DNA of 63,994 nt, the filler included, from Sphacelaria rigidula (lineage: Eukaryota): NCBI GenBank assembly GCA_964200075.2. It is 3 parts of 3 records of this genome, joined end to end, with 100 filler letters (N's around TTAATTAATTAA, not from the genome) between each part and the next. Parts side by side here need not be neighbours in the genome. Positions count along the whole stretch, not along the records: positions 43,096 to 63,994 come from CAXNAA020000481.1; 2 more parts are not named here. The stretch is one strand, 5' to 3'. The position numbers and the translations under genes are program-made. Every line of letters starts with the position of its first letter. Position 1 is the first letter of the stretch. Below are positions 46,687 through 59,700 of this stretch, one piece after another. The notes beneath the pieces are model-generated. The model was not told where the DNA came from, did no database searches, and worked only from the letters and a program-made list of their open reading frames with translations.

Positions 46687-49600
46687 TTGAGAACGACGCT
46701 ACCGAGGGTTGCTGAGACCGTTGGGACCTACATCGACTTAGGTACGGGCTGGGCCGCCCAAGTAGCTCCCTTTTCTTCTGACCGTTCTAACTGACGATGC
46801 GTCGCGAGTTGTGCCTATTATGACGCATCGTCGTCGTGGTGATCTGCACATCAACGCGCGTCTTTCAATCCACGTGACACTGCGATCAGACAAGTTCCCT
46901 TCAAACGAAATACTGAAGTGCAGTTAGCCGCGAAGTGTAGATAGTTGAGGGTAACGTGTGCGGCGGAATTAGGTGGGAAAAAAGCTGAAATGAAATTTGC
47001 TGTTACCGTCGGTTGTGCCGCGGCCGCAAAGTGGTGGTGCCGCACGAGTTGTGATTATACAACAATGCATGTCGTACTGTGGGAGCGCAATGTCTGAGAT
47101 GGCACGCAGACGAGGCCCCAGCGAACCGGTGAGCAGTGGATGAAGAAAGCTCGAAGAGAACGTCAAAGTTCCGGCTGAGGTCGTACTATAAAAAGTCAGT
47201 GGGGAAAAAACTTGAAATTGAACAGCGTGACCGGTTCAGAGTTTCCTGTTCGCGTCGTGGCTTGTCTATTTCAAGTCGTTGTCAATGAACTTTTTATCCG
47301 TGTACAGGATGTATGTGCGAAGATCCCCTTCTTTCCTCCCCTGCACGTTTTTCGTCAGTTATTGGCGATGGGACAAATCAAAAAAATTCTCCACAATTAG
47401 TTCGAAAATAACTCACAAAAATATGTAGGGGAGGAAAGGTGGGATCTTTGCATATACGCCCTGTATATCGTCTCAAAATTTTATTGAAAACGACGTGAAA
47501 TTGAGCAAGTAAATCACGTGTCCATATTCCTGTTCGCATCTTGGGCGGCCCAGGCTGTATCACGATAAAAAAGTGGGAAATACTCACGATCCTAGTCTAC
47601 TCGAAGCTAGAGGACTGAGGTACTACGTCAGGGCACAGTGTCTTCACCATTCAGCAGTGTTGACTATCGAACAGAAAAAAAACATTCGATACGATATCTT
47701 CGAAAAAACTGAGTATTGAGTATACTTTACTCGACCTGCCCTCGACACACTCACGAGGTCTCTGCGCTACTCCCTCGCCCCCTTTTTGATGTCTGCACAC
47801 AAGATACCGCTAAAAACTACCAACTACACTGTGGAAACGCCGGACAGTAGGCTTGCAGGGATGCGTTGTATGGGAAGTCTGAACGATCCGCTACCCTGCG
47901 GGTAATTCTGATTGCCCGTTTTTTCCAGTCTTAGCTGAGGATATTGGGGCGACCGCTGGTGCAGCAGTCGCCGCCGTGGCAGACACAGATGCGGACGGTT
48001 CGGCAGAAACGCCGACCGCAGACTCTGCGCTATCGCCTTCCACACAGCCGAAGGTCTGACGGTAGATCATGTTGCCAACCGGTGTGGTTCGCAGCAAGTG
48101 GGTGCGCAGTACGCGGATGATGCGTGTGTGGTGTGTGAAGTGTGGTGGGTGGTAGGCAGTGGGGAGGCATGCGAAAAAGGGTGAGACGATACGCTGTACA
48201 CCACCCCCTCCCCTTCCCCCCACGTGTAAAAAAAATGGCATAGATATCGACGATAGCAACGTCCGATTTCGATCTTGATTGGTACCGACAAATTTCGACT
48301 GGGAAACCGGCGAAACCGATACTGTACCCCGTATCGACCGATATTTATCGAAATCGTACGAGCTGGACCAGCCTAGAAACGGATTTGAGCTCCCAAGACA
48401 ATATCTCATCGACGTATACGAGTTGGGCCATGATCCTCATCTCGTATTAATCGTCTCTCCAATAAAGTCTGGGCCAATACTTTATCGTACTTTATGTCTA
48501 GCAATTCCTATGGCTTACGGAGATAGCGTCGATACTAAAATCCATATGAAACCCCCGATCGATACATTGAGCGGGTAACGACGGCATTTGGTGTAGACAT
48601 TCCCTGGAGCACGGGGAGACGATAGATACCCTTCCCTTCACCTAATTCGTCATCTACCTCGATATATGGCGCACATGAATGTCCATACTCAAATCGATAT
48701 AATACGAGCTGAGGCACGAGATGAACTAAATCTGGATATCGCGTCTCAGTTCATGAGAGTTGTGCTGTCAAATTTCGCATGGTGAACCGATGGTGCATAA
48801 CCAAGCTAGAATGGGCAGCTTCATGAGTTTTTGTACCCGTTTCAAGGGCAGTTTCGAGGAGAGATGAACACTGCTTTTGGGCCCCACCTCATTTTTTCGG
48901 CTCAATTTCAAGAGTTGTGGTTTGAAACTCAGCATATAGAGAACCACAGAGGTATGCTGAATAATAAAAAAATGGACTGTCATATCTCCTCTTGGAGAGG
49001 TTTGGGCGTTCACGTGAAAAAATGGTCGTTTCCATACTAAAACCTGACCTATTCAAGATGAAAAATCAACCTGACCCACGTTGTTTTGTTTATTATGCCC
49101 TCGCGAGGGCCCACACAAAGTTTCAATGAGCAAAAACCAAACGTGGGCCGGAAAGTGGCCTGCAAAATACTGTTCCGAATTTCTACCGACCTGGCCATTA
49201 AGGGCCAATATTTAGAGTTGGACCTTGAAAGTTAATATGGATAGTGAATAGCATATAATAAAAACAAATTTCCAGTGCACACAAGGTTTTTTTTCGTAAG
49301 TCAGCGGCAATAATGAGTTTTCAGGTATCAGTACAATGCCCTCAACTCATGAAAACATAAACAAAACACCTGTGCGGACTGGTTCTTGTTTTCATTATGC
49401 CCCATGCAGTGTCCATACCAAATTTTAGGATCCAACTCTAAATATTGGCCGCTTAATGGGCCTGCATACTGCAAATTTGCTTCTCGGCTGGCCCAGCTCG
49501 TGTCAGAATCGATATCCGATTTCCAACACTGCCATTTAGAGGTTGGGGGCGGCTTACATAATGAGTAGTTTTGTGTGTAGACCTTGTAACCCCCCCGCAC

Positions 49601-49778
49601 CCGCTGGTAGTAACCGATGTACAACTGCTACACCGGGTACCGAGCACACGCCGCGCTCCACGATCATCAACTACGAAAGTCCCATCTGGTGGTACACGCC
49701 GAGGAGAAAATACTTTTTGACAACTTGACGCGTGGTCCCCCAATCCCGAGAAAATCGGGCTTGTTGCGACCCATCACG
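46687..49778 (+). CDS. Possible fragment of an unidentified multi-exon gene
   Basis: Phase-compatible candidate exons 46687-46741, 47929-48053 and 49680-49778 give LRTTLPRVAETVGTYIDLVLAEDIGATAG...QPKSHLVVHAEEKILFDNLTRG; no family recognised. Confidence 0.3.
46836..47565. repeat. Dispersed repeat (non-autonomous TE), also at ~54300-55340
   Basis: Shared ggtgatctgca.atcaacgcgcgtctttcaatcca ... cttgggcggcccag.ctgtatc. Confidence 0.7.
48357..49502. mobile_element. Family C TIR element
   Basis: tacgagctggaccagcc ... ggctggcccagctcgtg; the first ~430 bp recur at 62915-63365. Confidence 0.7.
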
Positions 49779-50281
49779 GTTGAGCTATATTTGTAGCATT
49801 TCCACGGCTTCAGAGATGCCGAAGGTTTCTACACAAGAATTAGACGAGTCATGCATGGTTTGCTCTAAAAGCGACACAACAGTTCTCACTTTTGTGCGTG
49901 CTTGTACTGGCCCGCTCCGATGTACTTGACGGTAAGCATCACTCCCATAGTGATACCGATGATGTGGTACATGGGTGTAATCCTGTTTTCGCACGTGGAA
50001 AGTGGCGATGGGAAAAGAGCACAAACGGAATAATGATGACTGCGTGCGGAAATCATGATTGCCAACACTGTTTATAGCTTGCGCTTCGTACAACAACTGA
50101 AACTGCCCGAAACTGGGATAAATGTCCCTGTGACGAGCCGGTACGAAGTGTCTTCACGCCAGGACCTCCAGAAGCCGGTAAAGAGCGGAGATACTTCGTA
50201 ATAGTTTTCAACTGGACAGTTCTCCGTCTGGAGCATCAAAACTTACCGAATTGTCAAGTTCGAGGGCGATCTGGATTTTTT

Positions 50282-50530
50282 CAAGGTTGTGTTCTGCAGG
50301 GTACGATTTTCTGTATACCCGGGGTATTTTGCCGGGCATTTACCGTACCCGACAGTTCTGTAATCTATGTAAGACTTTAAACCCTTACCCGATATTTCCG
50401 TTATCTTTGAGAGACTCCCGTACCGTCACCGGAGGGGCACGGGTACACTCTCGATAAGATACCTGATAGCGGGTACGGTTTTCTGTGCAACCTCCATACC
50501 CTACCCGACAGTTCATGTGACACAACCTTG
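50282..50530. mobile_element. Family A hAT-type MITE, full length
   Basis: Perfect 11-bp TIR caaggttgtgt / acacaaccttg; degenerate 8-bp TSD gatttttt / aatttttc. Confidence 0.75.
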
Positions 50531-52165
50531 AATTTTTCACGAGTTATGAAGGAAACCGTCAGGACGAATGCTGGGTGTATCGTAAAGGGCATCAGTGGGA
50601 ATCCGATGACGCCAAAACCCCCCATCACCGCAAGATAACGGTTTGGGGTATAGTTTGGTCCCGAAGTCAGTGTTCAGATCTGCTTTTTTGCTAGATTTCC
50701 GAGCTCGTGGCGGTTACTAAAATTCCAAGCATATGGGGATTGGGTGCAAATCAGATTGGGAAGTCGTATTTCCTCAAGGGGCCTCTTGGTAATATTACCG
50801 CGGTACTCGCTCAGCCACACCGTACTTCGTGATGTTACCCGTGATGAGTACACCTTCGAGAGAGAGGCCGATGATTTGATAGGGTGTTTTTTTGCTCTTA
50901 GTGTCATCCTTACGGCTTCAAACAAATACCTGGCTATGTCACCCTCTTCAGTTGTTTTCTCAAGACACTTGCTGATTCGTGAAAGTTGGGTAATATGGGT
51001 GAGCCAACCTTTAGCTGTCTGATATCTCGTGTGCAGAGTTTTTTGTTCGTTATATATATATATATATCTGTTCCCCGTTCTCCAACGAAGGCCATGACGA
51101 GTCTTGTCGGTACGGCGTGGGGAGGGTCTTTTCGGCGGGTCTGGGGCTGGAATCAACTATAAGGGGAGATTCCTTCTCACTACTACCTTTGGCCAAGGCC
51201 ATGGTATGGTGTGGTGGTGGAGTTGGGCAGCCCGGCGCTCATCAGGCACATCCACCCCTGTTGTAATGTAGCGGTATCATATGTCAACACCCCGAGTGCG
51301 GGCATATCGGAATAAGGTGTGTGCGCGGAGGCAGATGACACCGCTGTGGAAAGCTGGCACGCACACATCTTTGATACAGAGGAGCGTTTGCCGATGTGTA
51401 GACCGGTTTCGGCGACAAGGATGAAGGAGGAGCGGTCGTCGACGGACGGGTTAGGTCTGGTTAAGCCTCCTGGACGAACACTACAGACCGGAACCAGGGT
51501 GCATACGAAGGAGGAAGTATTTCATCACGAAAGGAAGCAGAGGGGGCACTAGCCTCCTGGACTAACACTACGGATCAGAACCAGAGTGCATAACGAAGGA
51601 GGAAGTATTTTATCACGAAAGGAAGGAGAGGGGGCACTGTTTGGGATTATGGACACCGGCGAGGATGGGCGGTTGGGTTGGCCATGGCCACTGGTGAGGA
51701 CAGATGGGAGCGTCAGGAGGTCAACTTCGAAGAGGAACTTGCAGCAGAGAAGAACAGAGCAGGCGGCTAATTTCGTTGCGGGCGGTATATTAATCTTTTG
51801 TTGGGTTTTTGATATATTAATAGTTGTTTGTGGATACCACATGCAGATGATATGTAATGTTTCGATGGTTGGATATAGGACACTCTGGACATATTTGGTT
51901 TGCTGATAGCGCTATGCTGTGTTTAGGCTAGACATGCCTTGTCCGTTGTGTTTCCATAACGATTCTACTTGATCAGAACCCAAGGGAGATCGTGGTCAAT
52001 GGCCCTCCCTACTCGTTGCCATCGGCTCTTCCTTCTTTTGTTTTTGTCTTGATGGATCTTCCTATCTGACGTTGTTCAGTATCCGGTGCGCAGGCTCTGA
52101 AGGGGATCTCCCTGAACAGCACTCCAGATAGTATATTCATGTTGGGATTGGTCTCTATTCTACAC

Positions 52166-52180
52166 CTGAGCTACTGAGGA
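52166..52180 (-). pseudogene. trnN: 5' fragment of plastid tRNA-Asn (trnN) ending the NUPT
   Basis: TCCTCAGTAGCTCAG matches the usual start of plastid trnN-GUU; only 15 nt present. Confidence 0.5.
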
Positions 52181-52270
52181 CTAAGAAGTACTAAATTTAG
52201 TATAGTACAAATATCTAATACATATTAATTCCCAACATGGAAAATTCCTTTGTTAAGAACTAATTTTTTA

Positions 52271-52384
52271 TTATTTAGTAATTTTTAGCCAATGATATCC
52301 TTTCTCTTCTAATAAATTTGCTAAACTTGCATCTCCTGTTTTAATAATTTTTCCATCCTGCATTACGTGTACAAAATCTGGTTT
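52271..52384 (-). pseudogene. sufC: Plastid sufC (ycf16) 3' end within a nuclear plastid DNA insertion (NUPT)
   Basis: AT-rich island translating [37 protein letters not shown], the SufC C-terminus. Confidence 0.88.
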
Positions 52385-53543
52385 CGATTATCGGCTCACT
52401 CGCTATTACTACGTTGTGTGTACACCAGTACGTGGCAAGGTAGCCGGAAAGATTGCACGCGGGGGGGGTTTGGATTCTAGTAGGTCTCCTGTAGATCAAT
52501 CGTTCTTATACGGATTCATCGTAGTGTAGGTGACCTTTTTCGTGTAGATGTTTTGTTATTTGCCCTCATTTGCGGGCTGTTTGATCTATGGGTATGGGTG
52601 GTATACTCCTTGCACTCTGTGACAACGGGTTCGACAGATCGATCTAATGTGACGAACATGGTAATAATAATGATGATAAGACAATGGTCTAGAAAAGGTA
52701 TACCTTCTCGTCTTTTGCCCAAGAAAGGTACGAAAAATGGCCAGTAACACGAAAACAGCCAAACACCAAACACGCCATTTTGACCATTTTCGCTCCGGAT
52801 TTTTCACGCACATCATTCGCGGGGACCATTGGCACCCGGGATTCGAAAAAAACGGATAAAAAACATGTTACTCGAGAGATATGGCCATGCGAAAACAGAC
52901 ATTTCGCCGAGGTATACCTGATCTCGGATATCTTCTTCAATCGTACCTTATCTGGGCCACCGATCGGCCGAGAGCGAACCTCTGCTAGGCCATCGCTTTT
53001 TACCCTGTGCCAGGGAGTCTACCTGGGCGATGCTCGCAGACCAAGGGTAAACCCTTAGAGACCGCGAGGGTCCATTCGCATCATGGATGATTTTTTCAAG
53101 TGGAAATGATGCCGATTCAACAGACGCTTTCCTTTCTCGGGGTCTCGGGTCTAGGGGATGAGAAAGTGGAGGATGAACTTTTCATATGCCCCCGGGTGTA
53201 CTCTGTCGCCCAAGATTGCCCGTGGGCTCGGGAGTGGCATGATCAGTGTTGAAAATCATGTGTCGAAATATCGAGTATCGATCTCGATTTTCGGCAATTC
53301 CCAGTATCGGAATCGCGAGCTTGTAAGCCCATACTTTCGATACGCAAATTGGCTTTGGACGTGACTCGGTGTAAGACTCTTTGAGCAAATTGTTCTTCTT
53401 CTTCGTGTATCCGGTCTCCTCATTGTAGTGGTGTATGTTTCTGCATTTCGCTGAATACGGCGCCCGGGTTGGAAAGCATCTCCTGTTCTCCCAACGATCC
53501 CTACCGGTGTGAGATTGTGTAAAACGGCACGGATATATCTTAC

Positions 53544-56500
53544 ACGGGGGACCAGAAGTGCAACGTGTGTACCATGCATGGAACCAAGCAGGATACCGAT
53601 GGCGGCGACGACGACGACGCTGAGTGTGTAAATACGCAAGTTACTGTAGACCATTTTGGCAAAGTTATGATACGTCAAGTGTAAGTGTCACGAAAAGGTG
53701 GGTTTCGACGTGTTTCCACCCCAACCCTGACCCTGAAGGCAATTTGAGCACGAGTTTGGTGTGTCTCGTCAGTCGTTGGTGGTAACTGTTGAGAACTGAT
53801 TACTCGGACGTTTGTCGGTCTTCACGACCCCGAGTTTGTCGCCGACGCCTTTTCTAGTACGCTGGTATCTACCGGCCGAGTATCATTTTGTTTTGTATCG
53901 ACCGTCCAAGGCTCTCTCGGGGACCCCGTCTGCTAAAAAAGGGAGGGGGTAGTGCATTCACTTCATCAGTACCCCAATTCCCTGCTCGAGATGACCCTTC
54001 AAAAACAGTTCAAACTTCAAAAACAGCAAAAAAGGCACAGAAAAACAGAAAATCGGTTATTTGGCCGTTTTCCGAGTCTCGACGAAAATATCGATATCGA
54101 CGTTTTTCGTCGATTATTAAAAAAATCATGTCGAACTTTCTAGACCGCTTCCTGCAGTATGATAACGGACTCTCAGAACTGCCATTTTTGAGCCTTTTAC
54201 GGGCTGGACCGTTCAAGATGGACCGTTCAAGAAGCGAACTATCCGTCAGCAGGTTCAAACTGACGGTCTATTGCGAGTTGTGCCTTTCATGACACATCAT
54301 GGTGATCTGCAAATCAACGCGCGTCTTTCAATCCATGTAGCACTGCGATCTGACAAGTTCCCATCAAACGAAACACCAAACTGTGGTCAACTGCGAAGTG
54401 TGAAGAGTTAGAGGTGGCATGTGCTGCGGAATGAGGGCGAAAGACCGGCTGAAATCGCATTTGTGGTGAAAATCGATTGTGCCGCGGCCGCAAAGTGATG
54501 GTGCTTGCACTAGTTGTTGTTGTACAACAATGCATGTCGTACCGTGGGCGCGCAGTCTCTGAGATGGCACGCGGACGAGACCCCCAGCGCGCTAAGGTCG
54601 CGCATGTAAAAGGTCAAAGTTCCGGCTGAGGTTCTTGTACCCAAAAAGCAAGTAAAACGGTTCTCGACAGAAAAATGTGCCATCACTGCTCAATTTCAAG
54701 TCGTTTACCATGAAAGTTTGAGACGTGCATGAGGTGTATGTGAGGCTCCTGCCGCTTCCCCCTCATTCTCATTTCATCGTGAGTTATTGGTGATCTAAAT
54801 CTCGCAACAATTGTTCCTGGTACAAAAGCGTCGACAGCTCATTGGAAAACCAAAAGAAAAGCCAAGGGGGGACAACAGGGACTTTGCAACATACCTCATG
54901 CAAATCGTGTCGAAATTTCGTGGGAAGATACTTGAAATTGAACAGCATAACGGCGTTTCATTATTTCGTGGCTGATCCATCTCCACATACGAACCGGTTT
55001 TCGACCCAAAGACGCGATTATGCAGCTCAATTTTGGGCCAATATTTATGACATTTTGATACGATGTCCAGGACGTACGTGCGAAGACTCAATTTTCTGCC
55101 CCCACATTTCTTGTTCTTTCACGTGAGTTGTCGGCTACCAAACGTTTCAGAACAGTTGTTTTCGGAACAAAATCGTGAATAACTCACGTAAAAGACAACA
55201 AAATGTAGGGAGCAGAAGATGGAGTCTTTGTACATACATTGTGTACATCGTGTCAAAATTTCATGAAAAAAACACCCGAAATTGTGCTGCATTATCGTGT
55301 CTTTACATCCCTGTCCGCGTCTTGGGCGGCCCAGCCTGTATCGCGAATTTTTGGCGGAATACAGGCATTGGCGGAATACAGGCATTGGCGGATTTGGCCT
55401 CCTCGGAAAGAATTGCGTTGTCTTTGAGGAGGATTCTGGCGCACTTCTCCGACTTTTCGTACACCCAATTTCACTATTGGCCGGATTTTGGATTATTTTC
55501 AGGTGGCCGTGAGAATCGTTCAGTGATCGGAACACGGACGTACTTTCCCCCGACAACTCAAAGGTTCTTGGGGCGACTGAATAATCCAGAATCCGGTCAA
55601 GAGCAAAACTGGGCGTACAAAAATCGGAAAAGCGTGCTAGAATCCTCACGAAAAATATAGCAGATCTTTCCGAGGAGGCCAAGTACGCCAAAGCGTGTAT
55701 TCCCCCAGAAATTCGTGATGGACGGCTCAAAAAGGGCAGTTCTCAAGGCGTCCGTTGTCAGACTGAAAGAAGCGGCCTTATTCCGTTCGAGTTTCAACAC
55801 TGGGCATGACACCCACTTCTTGTGCGTGGCGAAAACACGGACATCATCAGATTAAATAGGTGGTAGCACCTATAAGCAATTCGGCGTAGGGCATGAAACA
55901 AAATCAAGACACGAGTACAGATTAGGTGAACGCAGTGATGCGAATGGATCCAAGTCCGAATGCCGCTCATGTGCTGGCAATGCGAGCAATGTTTGCAGTA
56001 CCGACTTGGAGAGCCACCTATTTCCTCAGGTGCACAAAATGCACCATAACGCGTACCAGTCGTTTTTGGCAGGCTCTTCATTGAGCAACGCTTTCAGCAT
56101 GCGACTACGGCATCAACGGCTGTTTTGCCATGCTGCCAGTTCACCGCATATGTGGTTCTTCTCGCCGTCATTGAGGTGGTATAGGGCATTAGATTGACCG
56201 TACGATACCGCACTGTCGTGCCCTGTGCTTTTCGGAACGTCGCACTATACATCGTCTTGACAGCGAGTTGTACTCTAGTCAGCATGAGAAAACCAAAGAG
56301 GTCTGGTATCGTTGGGCTAATATTTGCATAGGTACAGTTGCATTACCGTGCGATACAACTGGGTCTGATACCCGTTTGCACGACAACGTACAACGCCAAG
56401 CGCGAATTGGGTGTACTGGCGCGAATTGGGTGTGCTGGAAAGGCCCCGATGTCCCAGTTCGGCGACGAGGTAAAGGCCACACGGGATAGACATGAAGCAC

Positions 56501-56590
56501 GCACCTTCCAGGAATAATGTACTTGGCGCTGTATCGCTTGATGAACTCCTGGGTGGAGAAGTTGGCCCTGGCTAGTATTGGTGAAATCAT
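53544..56590 (-). CDS. Small single-pass membrane protein, possibly mitochondrial ATP synthase subunit f-like; last exon unresolved
   Basis: Exon 56590-56505 MISPILARANFSTQEFIKRYSAKYIIPG(AG|gtgcg) joins in phase to exon 53643-53544 SNLRIYTLSVVVVAAIGILLGSMHGTHVALLVPR(|gtaag). RY.AKY followed by a hydrophobic helix recalls subunit f. Confidence 0.45.
54300..55801. mobile_element. Intronic non-autonomous TE, second copy of the 46836 repeat, ending in hAT-like caacactg
   Basis: Alignment with 46836-47565; CAGTGTTG-type end at 55794-55801. Confidence 0.55.
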
Positions 56591-56778
56591 GGCTATTCAG
56601 CTGTAGCGACGATCTTCAGCGATTCGAACCCTTACACTGATGGGGATTGGCGAGATGCAAAGGGTCAAGATGATGACCGGGTGTGAAATATTGTCAAGGG
56701 TTTCAAGACAGAGCGGGAAAAGCTGGTCATCTTCCACTCGATCCGATTGAGCTGGCGGGGCTAGCCCAGACATAAGAC
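56591..56778. promoter_or_regulatory. Putative bidirectional promoter / 5' UTR region
   Basis: Only 188 bp between divergent ATGs at 56590 (-) and 56779 (+). Confidence 0.45.
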
Positions 56779-59700
56779 ATGTCAACGAGCAACAGCTACC
56801 GCATAAAGAAGATAAGATTTTTCAGCAGAAAGGTGAGAAATAGAAGAGGTCTCCCATCAATACTTCTTCCAATTGCAGTGTGCTGCTGAAATAATATATG
56901 CGAGCACTGCCTGTACATTTGATATCCCGCCGCACACGACATATGTTTGATCCCTTCTGTGTTGTTCACAGCAGGTGCCCATCCTGTGCCAAAACGAAAA
57001 CGGCCCATGTCCTCTCTTGGCGATATGCAACGTCCTTCTGCTTCAAGGTAGCGTCAGTATTCATCTGGTGAGTTTGTGTGTTTGCAACTAGTTCGTCTGA
57101 ATTCTCAACGTCCTCTCTGGGTCTTCGTACTAGCTACATACTCAGTACATTTTTCCAGCAACATGTACGTGCCCACGTACTCACATTAGACAGCTCAATC
57201 ACAAAATGCTGGGGACAGGTACAAGTTCGTACTGCATTTCCTTGATGATGAGGTCGCCTTAGCTACAGAAAACTGCACACGGCATCAACGAACGTGATCA
57301 GGCGCATAATCACCAAAATAATGATATGTCGATTCAGAGCTCAAAATAAAACTGCTGCGGGCAGGTCACCTTCGTTAACACCCCTACGAAAATATGACAT
57401 GACGAAGTCAACAAACTCAATCGAGCATATAAGCACCCAAGTACGACTACAAAGGTGTGTAGAAAAATTTTGAAGGTGCGTTTTCGAGGAATAAACTTAA
57501 TTTCTGGGAGGGATACGTGACACACGTGACACATTTGAAAAAAACGGGAAAAACGTACCTTTGGGCCATTTAACGCTACGTAACGTGATGTAAAATGTGG
57601 ACCTTGAAGCAGTGTCTCTTGGTGTTTTCCAGATGTAAAAAAAAGCTGTTTTTGTCCATTTTTAACGTGACAGGTGACACGTTACATATTCACGATAAAA
57701 AACAGAGTTTTCGTCACATTTGGGAAGTAAAACGTAATGTTAGGGTTCATGCGAGGGACCACACGTTACATCACATTAGGTTACATCTGTCCCATCCAAA
57801 AAATCAAATCTTACGTAGCGTTTAATGACTCAAAGTTACGTGCTTTCGAATATGTCACGTTAAAACGCCACGTGTCACATGCTTAATTCTACCCGCTGCA
57901 GCGTACAAACACCAGATACAGAGGGGGCTCTCAGTAGTGCCGGTTGAAGAGTGCCAACGACCTATTTAATGCCAGTATAAGCTCCGGGTACAGCCAGAGC
58001 TCGCAGTAGTGCCGGTTCCGGACCCCCTACGCACGCCTTACCCCCCACCAACCATGCACCAGTAAGGGTACAGCAGGGTACGGGTACGCGCTGGTGCAGA
58101 CCTTGCAACGTAGGGACACAACATGCCTTGTGCGGAAGGTGAACCGTGCCTCTCTCTCCTTGTCTCGGTAGCCGGTAGGAAGTAAAGAGGGGTGTGGTTC
58201 ATTCTTTCTCGCTCACTCCTTTTGGTGGGCGGTGTACCTCTTTCGTGAGTTTTTTTCCACACCAGATGCCGCACCTTCACAGTTGCGTTGGGTGCAGATG
58301 TGTCCTTGTTTTTCTTGTCGGGAAGGTCTTTCGGCATGAGCAACTTTTGTGGTCGTACTGCTGCTGTTGTGCTAGTAGGGAAGGAAACGATCAACCTGTA
58401 AACAGGATCAATCAAGTTGAATGTGAAAAACAAGAAAACATCGGGTTGAGTTCTGCTACCCCGAAACCTTACGTGACGAATCCTATCGAAACCCTTTGAA
58501 ACAAAGGTCCTCGTCCGTTTTGTGCTTCCATTGGTCCCACGAAGGGCAAGCGTGGCACTGTACGAACGGACGGTCGTCAGTAGTGCCAGAACCAGCACTA
58601 CCGAGGTATTCAGAGCTCTCACTTGCACCTGCTTTGGCACTTTTCAGAGTAGTGCCGGGCTCTCTCAGTAGTGCCGGTGTCCGTGGTGGGCACATACCGG
58701 CACTACTGAGAGCCCCCCACTGTATCGGTAAGTGTACAACTGCGAAGGCTATTTTCCATTCTTCCGTTCCGAGACGCGATCGCAGCAACTCAGGCCAGCT
58801 CACGCTGTGCATGACACGCTACAACGCACTTACATATGCAAGTAGCACTTGGAGTGATCGTGTGAGGCCAAATTTGTGTTCATACCCCGAGTAAGTAGTG
58901 CGATATTCGATAGCCATGCTTTCGACTTGTCCTGTGGCTCAATTCACGACAAGATATCAGCATTGAGCAGCATCGGTAGCTCTTTCACGCTCCACAAATG
59001 AGCACACCACACGTACACCGCCGCAGCATGTGCTAAACTGTACGTTATAGCTGGGGTTTGATACACCTCGTATAATCACGTCGTTGTACGCAGGCTTGAC
59101 GACATGAAACCCGTGATTTCTGGGAAATCGAAGCCTGTACTATTTTTAATACAATACTTGAGTAACGCACCCCGCTCAAAATTGCATCGCCCTTCTGCAT
59201 ATGGAGAACACTCTGCACTGTTAATATAATAATAACTTAGTCTCGTGCTGACGTATGGATCATGGCTGCAACCGATTTTGCAGGACTTATCCGAGATTAC
59301 CTTTAGCGAGTTGACGCAGCTCGTGGCGGGATTTTTGCTAGACGCCAACCCACCCCACGATGACCTGCGGATAAACGCCAATCAGCAGACGCAGGTAACC
59401 ACCACAAGATTGGATTTCCGGGTGTTGGACTGAGATGGCTTGCATTGGAGGCGTTCCCGTTCTTGTGCTCTTGCACATTCGGCACGGCACTGAATTGCTC
59501 TGTACTGTATAGTACAGTACAACTCGTGCCCCCGGTGCTGGAAAATGTTTGCGGCAATATGCGAGCTGCCCTGTCTGGTGCTCCTCATCCTTTTCCTCAC
59601 GATTCACTAACTTGGAATCGTGTCGACGCTCACATGTATTCCAATGATTTGAATCAGGGTAGTATATGACCGCGCTGCTAGGACGATGGCGGTATAATTA

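Noticed and set aside
51225-51250. Minus-strand CTGATGAG as a Penelope-type hammerhead
   Set aside because: No GAAA after a stem II.
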